A stretch of DNA of 64,000 nt. Source: a virus. Taxonomy: Duplodnaviria > Caudoviricetes. Position 1 is the stretch's first letter. Every line of letters begins with the position of its first letter. The notes below the pieces were generated by a model. That model was not told the origin of the DNA, made no database searches, and worked only from the letters and a program-made list of their open reading frames with translations. The stretch covers positions 1,714 to 65,713 of the IMG/VR virus record IMGVR_UViG_3300025849_001733, one strand, 5' to 3'. Shown here in pieces: positions 1-10,615 of the stretch. The position numbers were made by a program, and so were the translations under genes.

Positions 1-1017
1 CTTCCTAGTCCAGATCCAAAGAGTAATATTCCAGGTGTTATCTTTATTGATGGAGAGCGCATTGAATTTTTTAGAAAAGAAGAAAATGTACTTAAACAAT
101 TACGTAGAGGCACATTAGGCACAGGTGTTAAAGATCTACATACTGCAGGCACTAGTTTTTACAATCAAAGTCAGGATAGTACTATACCTTATACTGATAC
201 TGAAGAAAATGTAGTAGCACTTTCCGGTGAATATAAGGATATGTCAATTGTATATCCTAATGATAGTATTGAAATGAGTGTATCAAGTATTGCTTATAAC
301 TTTAATAATAATACAGCATTTCCGTTAGGTGGCCAAATAGCAACAATAGACGGAGAAGGATTCCGCCCAGGAGTATCTGTATTAGTTCAAGATGTAGAAT
401 GTGAAACAACATATGTTAGTGCAACACAGTTAACATTTGTAACTCCAGCATTATCAGTTGGATCATATGACTTAGTAATTATTAATCCAAGAGAAATAGA
501 ACCAGTCTTTAGACCTTCAACTACATTAGTTGTGCCTAAGTATATTCCTTATGTACAAATACTATTACCGTATGCACCAAAGCCGGTTACATATTGGCCA
601 GATGGTTCAGTCAAAGTGCAAAATCCAGCAGTTACAGATGATTGGTATACTACTGATTTTGACGAAGGCGGTATTCCAAGCGCAACTTATTGGGAAGCAT
701 TAGATATTGAAGTATTTGCAAACGGACGTAGATTGCGTAAAAACCCAATTGAGGTATATTCAGTAGATAACGGACAATTTAGTCCAGATGGCGATATCTA
801 CCTAGAAGCAGAATATGCTGTAAATAAAAACGTTGGAGCCTATGTACGCCTAACTACACCTCCACAACCAAATACTGTGCTAACTATAGTTAGAAAGCAA
901 GGATTAATTTGGAATGAAGTAACAGATGAAACAACAGGCGACTATAAACCACTAGGTCAGTCTAATACAAAAGTAGCAACTTTCTTACGTGGAAAGAGTA
1001 TTGATCTACCGCGATAA
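1..1017 (+). CDS. C-terminal part of a large virion/baseplate protein with an IPT/TIG-like domain (5' partial)
   Basis: Frame is open from base 1 (LPSPDPKSNIPGVIFIDGERIEFF...LRRGTLGT) into track ORF 241..1017; TIDGEGF...TQLTFVTP...YDLVIINP is IPT/TIG-like. Confidence 0.7.
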   Translation, partial: LPSPDPKSNIPGVIFIDGERIEFFRKEENVLKQLRRGTLGTGVKDLHTAGTSFYNQSQDSTIPYTDTEENVVALSGEYKDMSIVYPNDSIEMSVSSIAYNFNNNTAFPLGGQIATIDGEGFRPGVSVLVQDVECETTYVSATQLTFVTPALSVGSYDLVIINPREIEPVFRPSTTLVVPKYIPYVQILLPYAPKPVTYWPDGSVKVQNPAVTDDWYTTDFDEGGIPSATYWEALDIEVFANGRRLRKNPIEVYSVDNGQFSPDGDIYLEAEYAVNKNVGAYVRLTTPPQPNTVLTIVRKQGLIWNEVTDETTGDYKPLGQSNTKVATFLRGKSIDLPR

Positions 1018-1020
1018 ATA
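1014..1020 (+). promoter_or_regulatory. T4-late-like promoter element ATAAATA
   Basis: ATAAATA 18 nt upstream of ATG 1039; recurs before other structural genes. Confidence 0.5.
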
Positions 1021-1038
1021 CAATGACAGGAAATAAAA

Positions 1039-1653
1039 ATGACAGATAAATTTTTAGATAAACAGGGTATATTCTTAGAAGGACATGTAAAAATACATGA
1101 TCCAAAATCTGGGGAAGTACTACTTAATAAACGTAATGCAATACATTATGAGAATATGAGTATTGCCCTTGCAGAAAGTTTAAGTAATGCAGGCCAAGGT
1201 TGGGTGCATGAAATGAGCTTCGGCAATGGCGGAACTAGCTTAGACCCAACTGGTATTATTACATATCTAACACCAAATAGTACAGGAACTAATGCAAGTT
1301 TATACAATCAAACATTCCAAAAAGTTGTTGATGATAGAAGCGTTAATAACACAGATCCTGCTCGTAATAAGATAGATATTAGACATGTTAGCGGTACTAA
1401 CTACACTGATATTTTAGTTACTTGTTTATTAGATTACGGTGAACCAAATGGTCAGGATGCATTTGATACAGCAAGTAATACTGAAAGTTTATATGTATTT
1501 GATGAATTAGGATTAAGAGGATACAATCCAGACGGAACTGGTAGATTATTAACACATGTTATTTTTCATCCAATACAAAAATCGTTAAACAGACTTGTTC
1601 AAATCGATTACACTGTAAGAGTACAAAGTTTAACAGGGTTTAACGAGGGGTAA
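1039..1653 (+). CDS. Virion structural protein, probable baseplate component
   Basis: 204 aa, AGGA RBS, sits in structural operon; FDELGL...HPIQKSLNR motif. Confidence 0.6.
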   Translation: MTDKFLDKQGIFLEGHVKIHDPKSGEVLLNKRNAIHYENMSIALAESLSNAGQGWVHEMSFGNGGTSLDPTGIITYLTPNSTGTNASLYNQTFQKVVDDRSVNNTDPARNKIDIRHVSGTNYTDILVTCLLDYGEPNGQDAFDTASNTESLYVFDELGLRGYNPDGTGRLLTHVIFHPIQKSLNRLVQIDYTVRVQSLTGFNEG

Positions 1654-1656
1654 TAA

Positions 1657-3738
1657 ATGTCATACACTATTAATTATACTGATGTTGCAAATAAAGGTAC
1701 TATTACAGTTCAAGATAGCACTATCAATAGAGAAACAACACTGGGCTTTCCAGGAAGAAATTCTACAGCGTACGGTGCAACAATTGCAGAAAACTTTTTA
1801 CATTTATTAGAAAGTTTTGCTTCAAACAATCCACCAAGTAGTCCTGTTGAAGGGCAACTTTGGTATGATAACACATTAACTGAAGAAAAGTTAATGGTGT
1901 ATAATGATACAAATTGGGTTCCAGCAAGTGGAATTTCAAAATCAATTAATACTCCGGCTATTGCACAACTTGGCGACCTATGGGTAGATACAGACAACCA
2001 ACAACTATATTTGTTTACAGGTGGTGGTTGGGTACTAATAGGACCTAGTTTCTCAGATGGCCTAGCAACAGGCGCAAAAGCTGATCAAATTATTGGTCAG
2101 GATAATATATCATACAATATTTTAAGAATTGAAGTATCGGGTCAAACTATTGGTATTATCAGTGGTTCGTCAACACCGTTTATTCCAAAGACAACTATTG
2201 CTGGATTTGCAGCAATCAATCCTGGATTTAACTTAATTAACAAAGACACTGACAATGATGGCTTAACTAACTTTAAGTTCTTTGGTACAGCAGAAAAAGC
2301 AGAAAACTTAATTGTTAATAACGAAATTGTAGCAGCAGGAAACTTTTTAAGAGGTAATACTACAAGTACTTCAACGTTTCCACTAAACATTCAAAACAAT
2401 CAAGGTATCAATTATGGTGTAAACGCCGAACTTACAGTAGGTGTTGAAGGCAATGCTGGTGTAATTCAACACAATATTGGTGGCTCAAACATTGATATGC
2501 GTGTTAGAAATAACGATGTAGCTAAAACAGTTATACGTGTTGATTCTAATCTACGTGTTGGGATAAACACTGAAGCACCAGAACAAGCATTAGACGTTGT
2601 AGGTACTATACAATCAAGTGGTAATGTTATTATTAACTCTACTACACAGAGTACAACTATTAATAACGGCGCTTTACAAGTTAGAGGCGGCGCAGGCATT
2701 AGACAAAACTTAAATGTTGGCGGCCAAACAAAACTTTCAGATTTACTTACCTCTAACAGTATTGTTCCAGACGATACTAACATTAGAGATTTAGGATCTT
2801 CAACTAGATATTATAGAAACACATATTCAACTAATTTTATCGGAACACTAGATGGAACAGTTAACGGTAAAGTTAACGGACCATCAACTTCGTCAGCTAA
2901 CTTGATTAATAAAACTACATTTGTTATGACAGGTGATGTTGCTACATTAGTTCCAATTGAATTTGATGGCGCATATCAAGATCCACAATTTGATAATGGC
3001 GAAGGTATTGCTGTAGGCGAAGTTCCTTTAACAAAAACATTTAGAACAGAAATTTCAAATCAATTTATATCAAGAAAGCCACGTGAAATTGACGTTGCTG
3101 GCGATGACTTACTATTGTTTAATGATGTAGACGGTGCTGTAGTTGGTCTTAAAAGTGTTACTAAAGATAATTTCTTAAAAACTATTCCAAGAACACCAGC
3201 TGGCGTTATACTACCATTTGGCGGTGATGTAACTCCAAGTGATGACTGGATTTTATGTGATGGTAGAGAGCTTGATAAGACTGATTATCAAGCATTATTC
3301 CAAGTTATTGGCTATAAGTTTAAACCAGAATCACAAGTTGCTACTAATAACTTTGCTGTTCCTGATATGCGTGGTAGAATGCCTATGGGTGCAGATAATA
3401 TGGGCGGATCAAGTGCCAATACTGTAACAGCAACATCTGCAGATATTATAGGTGCGTTAGATGGCTCAGAAACAAAGGTAATAGATGTTACTAATTTACC
3501 TGAACACCAACACAATTTACAAGACCAGGATCGTAATCAATTTTATGCTATACAGGATAGACAAGATCCATCAACGGATACTAACGTTACAGGTATTGAC
3601 GGACCTACAGCTACAAACAGTGGTCAAAAATTAGCAAACAGTGGTAATGTTATTAGTGCTAACCCTGTAGGACAAGATTTTAATATTATGCCACCAACAG
3701 TAACAATGAATTATATTATATATTCTGGAAGAGGGTAA
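1657..3738 (+). CDS. Tail fibre / short tail fibre with C-terminal tail-collar domain
   Basis: PAGVILPFGG...WILCDG...VPDMRGRMPMG collar motif; N-terminal YG..IAENF..LLE.FA..P..GQLWYD domain. Confidence 0.8.
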   Translation: MSYTINYTDVANKGTITVQDSTINRETTLGFPGRNSTAYGATIAENFLHLLESFASNNPPSSPVEGQLWYDNTLTEEKLMVYNDTNWVPASGISKSINTPAIAQLGDLWVDTDNQQLYLFTGGGWVLIGPSFSDGLATGAKADQIIGQDNISYNILRIEVSGQTIGIISGSSTPFIPKTTIAGFAAINPGFNLINKDTDNDGLTNFKFFGTAEKAENLIVNNEIVAAGNFLRGNTTSTSTFPLNIQNNQGINYGVNAELTVGVEGNAGVIQHNIGGSNIDMRVRNNDVAKTVIRVDSNLRVGINTEAPEQALDVVGTIQSSGNVIINSTTQSTTINNGALQVRGGAGIRQNLNVGGQTKLSDLLTSNSIVPDDTNIRDLGSSTRYYRNTYSTNFIGTLDGTVNGKVNGPSTSSANLINKTTFVMTGDVATLVPIEFDGAYQDPQFDNGEGIAVGEVPLTKTFRTEISNQFISRKPREIDVAGDDLLLFNDVDGAVVGLKSVTKDNFLKTIPRTPAGVILPFGGDVTPSDDWILCDGRELDKTDYQALFQVIGYKFKPESQVATNNFAVPDMRGRMPMGADNMGGSSANTVTATSADIIGALDGSETKVIDVTNLPEHQHNLQDQDRNQFYAIQDRQDPSTDTNVTGIDGPTATNSGQKLANSGNVISANPVGQDFNIMPPTVTMNYIIYSGRG

Positions 3739-3741
3739 CAG

Positions 3742-5670
3742 ATGAGCTATAAATTAAATAAAAGTAACGGAGAACTATTAGTAGATCTAGTAGACGGGCA
3801 ATTAGATACTACATCAACTGATATTACGTTAGTTGGTAGAAACTCTAAAAGCTATGGCGAGTCTTTTAATGAGAATTTAATTAAATTATTAGAAAATTTT
3901 GCTAAAACAAGTGCTCCAGGCGCACCTCTTGTAGGACAACTCTGGTATGATACCGCTGAAGAAAGATTAAAAGTTTATACAGGTAGTACTTTTCGATCAG
4001 CTGCAGGAGCAGTTGTTAGTCAAACACAACCTAATTTAGTAGCAGGCGATCTTTGGATTGATAGTTTAAATAATAAACTTTATTTCTTTGACGGCGCTGA
4101 TATAGTATTAGTTGGCCCACAGTATACAGCTAGCCAAGGTAAAACTGGTACTGAAGCATTTACGATATTAGATATTAACGGCCAAGACCAAACAGTTCTC
4201 TACTTATATATAAATGGTTCGTTATCAGGAATTTATTCTAAAACAGAGTTTAGGCCAAGAGTTAACATTGTAGGATTTCCAGAAGATCCTGATGATACTA
4301 GAGTTCCTAAGCGTCAAATTATCCGCATTGGATTCAATCCAGTAAGTACAAGTTTTTGGTTTAGAGGCACAGCTACAACTTCAAGAGGATTAGTTAGTGA
4401 CGCTGGTGAAGAGTTCCAAGAAACTAACTTTATGAAAACTGATAGAAATACTAGTACAACTGGCAGTTTAGCAGTTAAAAATGCTGCAGGTTTAACAGTA
4501 GGAGTTAGTGATACAGTTTATGCAGCGTTCAAAGTTGATACAAATTATGTTACTACAATAGAAACACAGCGTTTAGATAGAGATTTTACTATCCGAACAC
4601 GTCGAGGAAACTTATTTGATAATGCATTCTATGCAGACTCGACAAATAAACGAGTAGGAATTTACACAACAACACCTACAGTAGAATTAGATGTTATCGG
4701 CGACGGCAGATTTACTGGTGATCTTGAAGTTGAAGGAAATTTAACAATTCAGGGAGAAGCAACGTATCTTAACGTTTCTAACTTAAGAGTTCAAGATAAA
4801 AATATAGAGCTTGGACTGTTAGATGATAGTACACAAGGAACTGATGCACAAGTTGACGGCGCAGGAATTATTATTGCTTCATCAGAAGGAAGTAAAGACT
4901 TAACTTGGGAAGTTGAAACAGGAAACTGGACATCAAATCAAAGTTTAGATCTTACTGAAAGTAATAGTTATAGAATTAATAATGAAATTAAGTTATCAAG
5001 CGATAGATTACATGATACAGTATTATACGCTACTGGACTTATACAAGTTGGTAACTTGTCAAATTTAACAGTAGCAGGTGATGTTACTATTAACAGTAAT
5101 TTAATTGTAAGTAATGCACTAGCAATTACTAGTAACGGAACAATTACTGTTAATAATCAAAAAATAACTGGATTAAGTACACCACTTAGTGCTCGTGTTG
5201 CTAATGAGTTAGCTGCTACAGAAGATGTTGATAGTAGTGCTGCTACTAAAGGATACGTTGATACAGAAGTAGCCGCGCAAGTAATAGCATATGCGTTTGA
5301 TGCTACCGGATTATCAAATCCGTCATCAGTATTTTCAGATAATATTGGTCCGCATGAGGATATTAGACAAGCATTAGAATATTTACATCCAGCAGCAACT
5401 AAAACAGCTGGTACGTATGCAAGAATATATGCAACAACATATATAGGAACAGCAGTTTCCGGAATTGATGTCAATTCTGCATTAACAAAATCTACAGTTA
5501 ATGTTTATATTGATCCTGATGATAGTTCAACGCCTGAGTTTGATAGTGTACTTAAAGACATATCAATTAGCTCAGTTTCAGGTGTTGCAGACTTGTCACC
5601 AACAAGAGGGAAATTTGAATATCAAGTAGTAGGCGGAGTATGGCAATGGCAGAGAACCATCCCAGTTTAA
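3742..5670 (+). CDS. Tail-fibre/baseplate-associated protein, paralog of 1657 and 5710
   Basis: Same N-terminal ENL..LLENFA...GQLWYD domain; RVGIYTTTP and AATKGYVD fibre motifs. Confidence 0.72.
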   Translation: MSYKLNKSNGELLVDLVDGQLDTTSTDITLVGRNSKSYGESFNENLIKLLENFAKTSAPGAPLVGQLWYDTAEERLKVYTGSTFRSAAGAVVSQTQPNLVAGDLWIDSLNNKLYFFDGADIVLVGPQYTASQGKTGTEAFTILDINGQDQTVLYLYINGSLSGIYSKTEFRPRVNIVGFPEDPDDTRVPKRQIIRIGFNPVSTSFWFRGTATTSRGLVSDAGEEFQETNFMKTDRNTSTTGSLAVKNAAGLTVGVSDTVYAAFKVDTNYVTTIETQRLDRDFTIRTRRGNLFDNAFYADSTNKRVGIYTTTPTVELDVIGDGRFTGDLEVEGNLTIQGEATYLNVSNLRVQDKNIELGLLDDSTQGTDAQVDGAGIIIASSEGSKDLTWEVETGNWTSNQSLDLTESNSYRINNEIKLSSDRLHDTVLYATGLIQVGNLSNLTVAGDVTINSNLIVSNALAITSNGTITVNNQKITGLSTPLSARVANELAATEDVDSSAATKGYVDTEVAAQVIAYAFDATGLSNPSSVFSDNIGPHEDIRQALEYLHPAATKTAGTYARIYATTYIGTAVSGIDVNSALTKSTVNVYIDPDDSSTPEFDSVLKDISISSVSGVADLSPTRGKFEYQVVGGVWQWQRTIPV

Positions 5671-5678
5671 CAAATCAG

Positions 5679-5685
5679 ATAAATA
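5679..5685 (+). promoter_or_regulatory. T4-late-like promoter element ATAAATA
   Basis: Intergenic, upstream of AGGGG RBS and ATG 5710. Confidence 0.5.
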
Positions 5686-5709
5686 CTAAGTCACAATAGG
5701 GGTTTATAA

Positions 5710-7284
5710 ATGGCATATACAATAGATACATACAGCAATGGCAGGTCTTGGAAAATAGAAGACGGTACCGTTGATCAAACTACTGATTTAAAATTAGTAG
5801 GTAAAAACTATGCAGGGTACGGTGAAATACAAAATGAAAATATGGTATTTTTACTGGAAAACTTTGCAGGACAAACTGAACCACCAAGAAAAATTTCAGG
5901 GCAAATTTGGTTTGATACAGGTAACAGTAAATTAAAATTTTATGACGGCATTAAATGGCGCACAACTGGCGGAGCAGAAGTTAGTACTACAGTTCCAACA
6001 GGATTAAAAGAAGGCGACTTTTGGTGGGATAGTGATAACGAACAACTATACACATATAATGGCGGAGATTTTGTACTTATAGGACCCCAAAGTGCAGGAT
6101 CAGGTCAGACACAAATTGTAAGTCGTTCAGTTAGAGATGACGGCGGAACAGCACGTGGTATTATCACAGCAGTGGCAAACGATGAAGTTATCTTTACTGT
6201 AAGTTCACAGGACTTTACTATTGATAGTGCAGACGTTGATTCAAATATTCCAGGCTTTGACAGAATACGTAAAGGTCTTACCCTTAAAAATACATTAAAC
6301 AGTAGTGGTGGTATTACATCAGGTGACTGGAGATTAGTTGGTACATCTACTAACGCAGAAAAACTTGGCGGAAGAGCTGATACAGAATATGTATTAAAAA
6401 CAGATGCTAACTTTAGTCAACTAGCTCGTTTCTCAGATCTTGGTATTTCAGTAGGCGACTCTAATGACTTAAAAATTAAACAAGAAATTATTACAGGTAA
6501 CGGAACACAAGTAGAACGTCCAATTATTGCAAACGAAACAGGCGGAACTATTGCGTTTAAAGCTAAAAATAACTCAGGTGTAGTTATTAACTCATTACAA
6601 ATAATGGCAAATGCTATTATTCCAGGTTATACAAACGGTACAGAAACACAAAATAAACCAACACCAGTACTAGCAACTATGGGTACTTCACAGTATCCTT
6701 GGCAAGAAACATATGCAAAGGACTTTATTGGTCTAGGAACAGCTTCAAAAGGCTTAATACTAGAAGATGATGTTGATTCATATGTGTTTGACTTTACAAA
6801 TGGCGCTAATCCGCCAACTAGTTTAGTAAGAAAACCTAGTAAAACAGCATCACCAAATACAGTAGTTGTAAGAGATCAAGATAGTGACATTTATGCAAAC
6901 TATTTTCAAGGTATTGCAACAGAAGCACTATACGCTGACTTAGCAGAGAAGTATACAACTGATAACGAATATCCAGTAGGTACAGTAATGTGCGTTGGCG
7001 GCGACGAAGAAACAACTAAAGCTGACAGAGGATGTATAGCAATTGGTGTTATCTCCTTAGAACCAGCATACTTAATGAATAAAGCATGTGAAGGTCAAGC
7101 AATTGGTCTTAAAGGTCGAGTTCCAGTTCGTGTTATGGGTAGTGTTAAAAAAGGACAACCAGTCTATGTTGATAATGATGGCTATGCAAGTACATCAATT
7201 AACGGTGGTTCGGTAGTAGGCATAGCTCTTTCAACTAATGATGACGAAAATGAAAAATTAGTTGAGTGTGTGTTGAAGGTATAA
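5710..7284 (+). CDS. Tail-fibre protein with C-terminal ADLAE-type (peptidase G2/IMC-like) domain
   Basis: Shared N-terminal domain; C-terminal YADLAEKY...GVIS..PAYLMN...GRVPVRV. Confidence 0.72.
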   Translation: MAYTIDTYSNGRSWKIEDGTVDQTTDLKLVGKNYAGYGEIQNENMVFLLENFAGQTEPPRKISGQIWFDTGNSKLKFYDGIKWRTTGGAEVSTTVPTGLKEGDFWWDSDNEQLYTYNGGDFVLIGPQSAGSGQTQIVSRSVRDDGGTARGIITAVANDEVIFTVSSQDFTIDSADVDSNIPGFDRIRKGLTLKNTLNSSGGITSGDWRLVGTSTNAEKLGGRADTEYVLKTDANFSQLARFSDLGISVGDSNDLKIKQEIITGNGTQVERPIIANETGGTIAFKAKNNSGVVINSLQIMANAIIPGYTNGTETQNKPTPVLATMGTSQYPWQETYAKDFIGLGTASKGLILEDDVDSYVFDFTNGANPPTSLVRKPSKTASPNTVVVRDQDSDIYANYFQGIATEALYADLAEKYTTDNEYPVGTVMCVGGDEETTKADRGCIAIGVISLEPAYLMNKACEGQAIGLKGRVPVRVMGSVKKGQPVYVDNDGYASTSINGGSVVGIALSTNDDENEKLVECVLKV

Positions 7285-7287
7285 ATA
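7280..7287 (+). promoter_or_regulatory. T4 late promoter consensus TATAAATA
   Basis: Exact TATAAATA overlapping the stop codon, upstream of AAGGA RBS and ATG 7317. Confidence 0.55.
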
Positions 7288-7316
7288 GTAGTACTTAATA
7301 AAAGGATAGCGATAAC

Positions 7317-8246
7317 ATGCCAGATTTAGTAAGAGGAGCCAGTGATCCGCAGGGAGCTTCTAGAATTACAGCAGCTAACTACAACGATTTACAAACTTCT
7401 GTTGCTGATATTTTAGGTACAGGATTCTCAGTAAACGGATACGGACAAGTACCTGTAAGTTCACCGCTTTTAGCAAGCGATATTGTTAGAGCTGAACACA
7501 TGAATCTCTTAAGAGATGATATTAATAGAATACAAGTACACCAAACTGGAAGTTTAAGTTCTTTACTAGAATTATTACCAGGAGAAAAAGTAAGTGCTAA
7601 TGACATTGCAGGTGTAGTTGATAAAGGATTTAACCAATTTGTTGCTGTTGTTAATATTTTAGAATCTAACAGAACAGTAGTTGACGGAACACAAGTAACA
7701 TTAGAAACAGCAACTACTAGTACTAGATTTGCAGCCTGGAATGGTACTATAATACATAGTTTTACAGTAAATTTTGATGATGCAGATCATAGACGTGCAT
7801 TTTTTAATGCCGGCGGCCAAATACAAATGAATGCAACTATTGAAGGCGATACAACACAAAAAGGTGCTGACTGGAATACTATATTAACAAATATGGGAAC
7901 TATTAAATTTAGTGCCAGCACAACTGAAAAAACAGGTTCATCAGGGTTATTACAACCTATAGGAAATTACGATCTAACAACAAGTTATCAAAAGATATTC
8001 GAACGCCGAGGGCAAGCTGATTATTACGCAGAAAATAGATTTTTTATCTATGCTAAAGAAATAAGCAACCAAGCAATTCAGTTCAGTGTAGAATTTAATG
8101 ATAATGATGTTGGAGACCCCAACGATGACGAATTAATAAGAGGGACACTAACTAGTATAGTCAAGCAATTAAGACCAACAGGGTCTTATGTTTCTGTAGC
8201 AACACCAGCATACAGTACACAATCTGACTTATCAGCAGGAGCCTAA
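7317..8246 (+). CDS. Virion structural protein (paralog of 8249)
   Basis: GYGQ...LRDDIN...HQ and DHRRAFFNAGG motifs shared with next gene. Confidence 0.6.
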   Translation: MPDLVRGASDPQGASRITAANYNDLQTSVADILGTGFSVNGYGQVPVSSPLLASDIVRAEHMNLLRDDINRIQVHQTGSLSSLLELLPGEKVSANDIAGVVDKGFNQFVAVVNILESNRTVVDGTQVTLETATTSTRFAAWNGTIIHSFTVNFDDADHRRAFFNAGGQIQMNATIEGDTTQKGADWNTILTNMGTIKFSASTTEKTGSSGLLQPIGNYDLTTSYQKIFERRGQADYYAENRFFIYAKEISNQAIQFSVEFNDNDVGDPNDDELIRGTLTSIVKQLRPTGSYVSVATPAYSTQSDLSAGA

Positions 8247-8248
8247 CA

Positions 8249-9355
8249 GTGGTAGCAGTAGGCGGAATTGTCAATAACACAGAATACGTTGGTTTAGTTG
8301 ATAGACTGAATGCCGTCTTTGGTAACGGATCAGGACAGACGGGGTATGGTCAAGTATCTGAATCAGCACGAGATTATAAAGGAAGTGTTACTACTGGTGT
8401 AAACATTGATAGTGATGCTTGGAATTCTCTTCGTACAGATATAAACAAAGCCTGGAATCATCAAAACGGTGGAAATTCTGGAATAAGTTCAATTGCAGCA
8501 GGTGCTATCATTGGTGCAGATGCTACTGGTACAAGTGTTACTAGAATTTCAGGTGATACGTTTAGTATTAATAATCCTGATAATGACGAAGGCATAAACG
8601 ATTTTAATGCTAAAGTTGCTTCAATTGAAAGTAATTCATCAGCAATATCAACAGGTCAATTTACTCTTACTACTGGAAGGCAATTTGTTAGTTCTGCAAG
8701 AACTACAGCTTGGGGTTCTCCGAATAATCTAAATGTTATGGTTTATTCAGAACTTGAGGTAGAATTTGAAGGCGGATATGATGTTACAAACAGTAATGGA
8801 ACAGTAGTAACAGCATCAGCAGCTGATCATCGTCGACATTTTTTTAATGCAGGAGGAGAAATCCGTTTAAGTGCATCGCTTAGTGGTAGTACAGCAAAAG
8901 ATTCAGATTGGGGTACAATGTTAGGCAATATGGACCAAGTTATATTTGGTAAAAATGCTACAACACTTTCAGGATCTGGCTCAGGACGGGCAAGAGATGG
9001 TAATACTAACGTTGACAACGCCGGAGGCATTGAAAGTGCTTTAGGCAACTTTCAAGCAACTACAGGTTATCAATTAATATTTCAAAAAAATGGATCACAA
9101 ACAGAGTATGCTGAAAATCTTGTAGCAATATATGTTAAAAGAAACAATGCCGGAACTATGCTTACATTCTTATTTGAGTTTTATGATAATGACTCAGGTG
9201 ACCAAGTTGGTATTGGTCCAGGAATAGATGAGCCTGTATTAGCATCAGGCGGCAATATGCAGTGTGGAATAGATCTAAAACGTCCTTCTTCAGCATCTCA
9301 CGTTTCTGTACAAGCACCTGCAAGTGCTGTACGAACAGAATTACGCCTCACATAA
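8249..9355 (+). CDS. Virion structural protein (paralog of 7317), GTG start
   Basis: GYGQ...LRTDIN...HQ and DHRRHFFNAGG; Gly/Ser/Thr-rich. Confidence 0.6.
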   Translation: MVAVGGIVNNTEYVGLVDRLNAVFGNGSGQTGYGQVSESARDYKGSVTTGVNIDSDAWNSLRTDINKAWNHQNGGNSGISSIAAGAIIGADATGTSVTRISGDTFSINNPDNDEGINDFNAKVASIESNSSAISTGQFTLTTGRQFVSSARTTAWGSPNNLNVMVYSELEVEFEGGYDVTNSNGTVVTASAADHRRHFFNAGGEIRLSASLSGSTAKDSDWGTMLGNMDQVIFGKNATTLSGSGSGRARDGNTNVDNAGGIESALGNFQATTGYQLIFQKNGSQTEYAENLVAIYVKRNNAGTMLTFLFEFYDNDSGDQVGIGPGIDEPVLASGGNMQCGIDLKRPSSASHVSVQAPASAVRTELRLT

Positions 9356-9358
9356 CAC

Positions 9359-9387
9359 TTGACAAATAGTTCTTTAGACTATATAAT
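9359..9387 (+). promoter_or_regulatory. Perfect sigma70 promoter TTGACA-17-TATAAT driving the modification island
   Basis: TTGACA 9359-9364, TATAAT 9382-9387, GGAGA RBS before ATG 9411. Confidence 0.85.
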
Positions 9388-9410
9388 ATATAGTATACCT
9401 GGAGAATTAT

Positions 9411-9758
9411 ATGGACGAGAGATTAGAAAAAGCATTAGAGTTTTCAAACTACATGGTTACTTTAAACAACCAACGTAGAGTTATACATGAACAATTTTTA
9501 GAAAGTTGCGTACATTACCTTAATGGTGGTAAATTCTCTATAAACAGAGACTTAATTACATTTTGCCATACACTTATAAACAGTGAACAAACAAGCGCAA
9601 TTCTAATTGATGATAACAATACACCAATTGAAGTTGACGATTTACAAAAGTTTTTAGATGATATCTTAGATATCTATTTTACTACGTCATATGAATATTT
9701 TGACAAATATAATGAAATTAAAAAGAACAGAAAAGTAGAAGGTCTTGTTAATCTATGA
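9411..9758 (+). CDS. Hypothetical phage protein
   Basis: 115 aa, strong RBS, ATGA-coupled to next gene. Confidence 0.75.
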   Translation: MDERLEKALEFSNYMVTLNNQRRVIHEQFLESCVHYLNGGKFSINRDLITFCHTLINSEQTSAILIDDNNTPIEVDDLQKFLDDILDIYFTTSYEYFDKYNEIKKNRKVEGLVNL

Positions 9759-10615
9759 CCAAAGGTGTACTATTATTTGCACAAAACAACCACTCAGTTG
9801 ATTATATAAAACAAGCAATATTTTGTGCGAAAAAAATTAAAAAACATCTTAAAATACCTGTAGCACTTGCAACAGATAATTCTGATTATCTTAAATCTAA
9901 ATTTCCTTATTACAAAAAATATATTAGTCATGTAATAGAGCTAGACTGGTACGACTGTTTACAAAAGCGTACATACCGTGACGGCACAATGAGTAAAAAA
10001 GATTTAGAGTGGCGTAATCATGATCGTGCTACAGCATATGATATTACTCCGTTTGAAGAAACTATAGTAATGGATACTGATTTTATTATTGGTAATGATA
10101 TATTATTAAATGCATTTGATACAGATCAAGATTTTTTAATTTTTAGGCATATAACAGATCTTAATATGGATCGTCCAGACGAATATCGATTCAATAAGAT
10201 TAGTGATAGAAGTATAGATATGTACTGGGCAACAGTATTTTATTTTAAGAAATCAGATAGTATGCAACGCTTCTTTGATCTTATAACACATATTAAAGAT
10301 AACTGGAACTTCTATAGACTTACATATCAAATTGCAAATAAAACATATCGTAATGACTTTGCATTTAGTATTGCAATACACATTTTAAACGGTTTTCAAA
10401 GAACTAATTGGCCAAAAGTTTTACCAGGTAGGCTATGGTTTACAAGTGATGCTGATGTATTAATAAAGTTAGATGATGAAACTTATACATTTTTATTAGA
10501 TAAAAAGCATTGGATAGGACACTATCATGCAGGTTGCGTAAAAGATGTAAACATTCATATTATGAATAAATTTGCATTAGATAGATTTATTGACGAGGAC
10601 TTAGTAAATGAATAA
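9755..10615 (+). CDS. GT-A (GT8-like) glycosyltransferase
   Basis: GVLLFA...TPFEETIVMDTDF (DxD); paralog of next gene. Confidence 0.6.
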   Translation: MTKGVLLFAQNNHSVDYIKQAIFCAKKIKKHLKIPVALATDNSDYLKSKFPYYKKYISHVIELDWYDCLQKRTYRDGTMSKKDLEWRNHDRATAYDITPFEETIVMDTDFIIGNDILLNAFDTDQDFLIFRHITDLNMDRPDEYRFNKISDRSIDMYWATVFYFKKSDSMQRFFDLITHIKDNWNFYRLTYQIANKTYRNDFAFSIAIHILNGFQRTNWPKVLPGRLWFTSDADVLIKLDDETYTFLLDKKHWIGHYHAGCVKDVNIHIMNKFALDRFIDEDLVNE

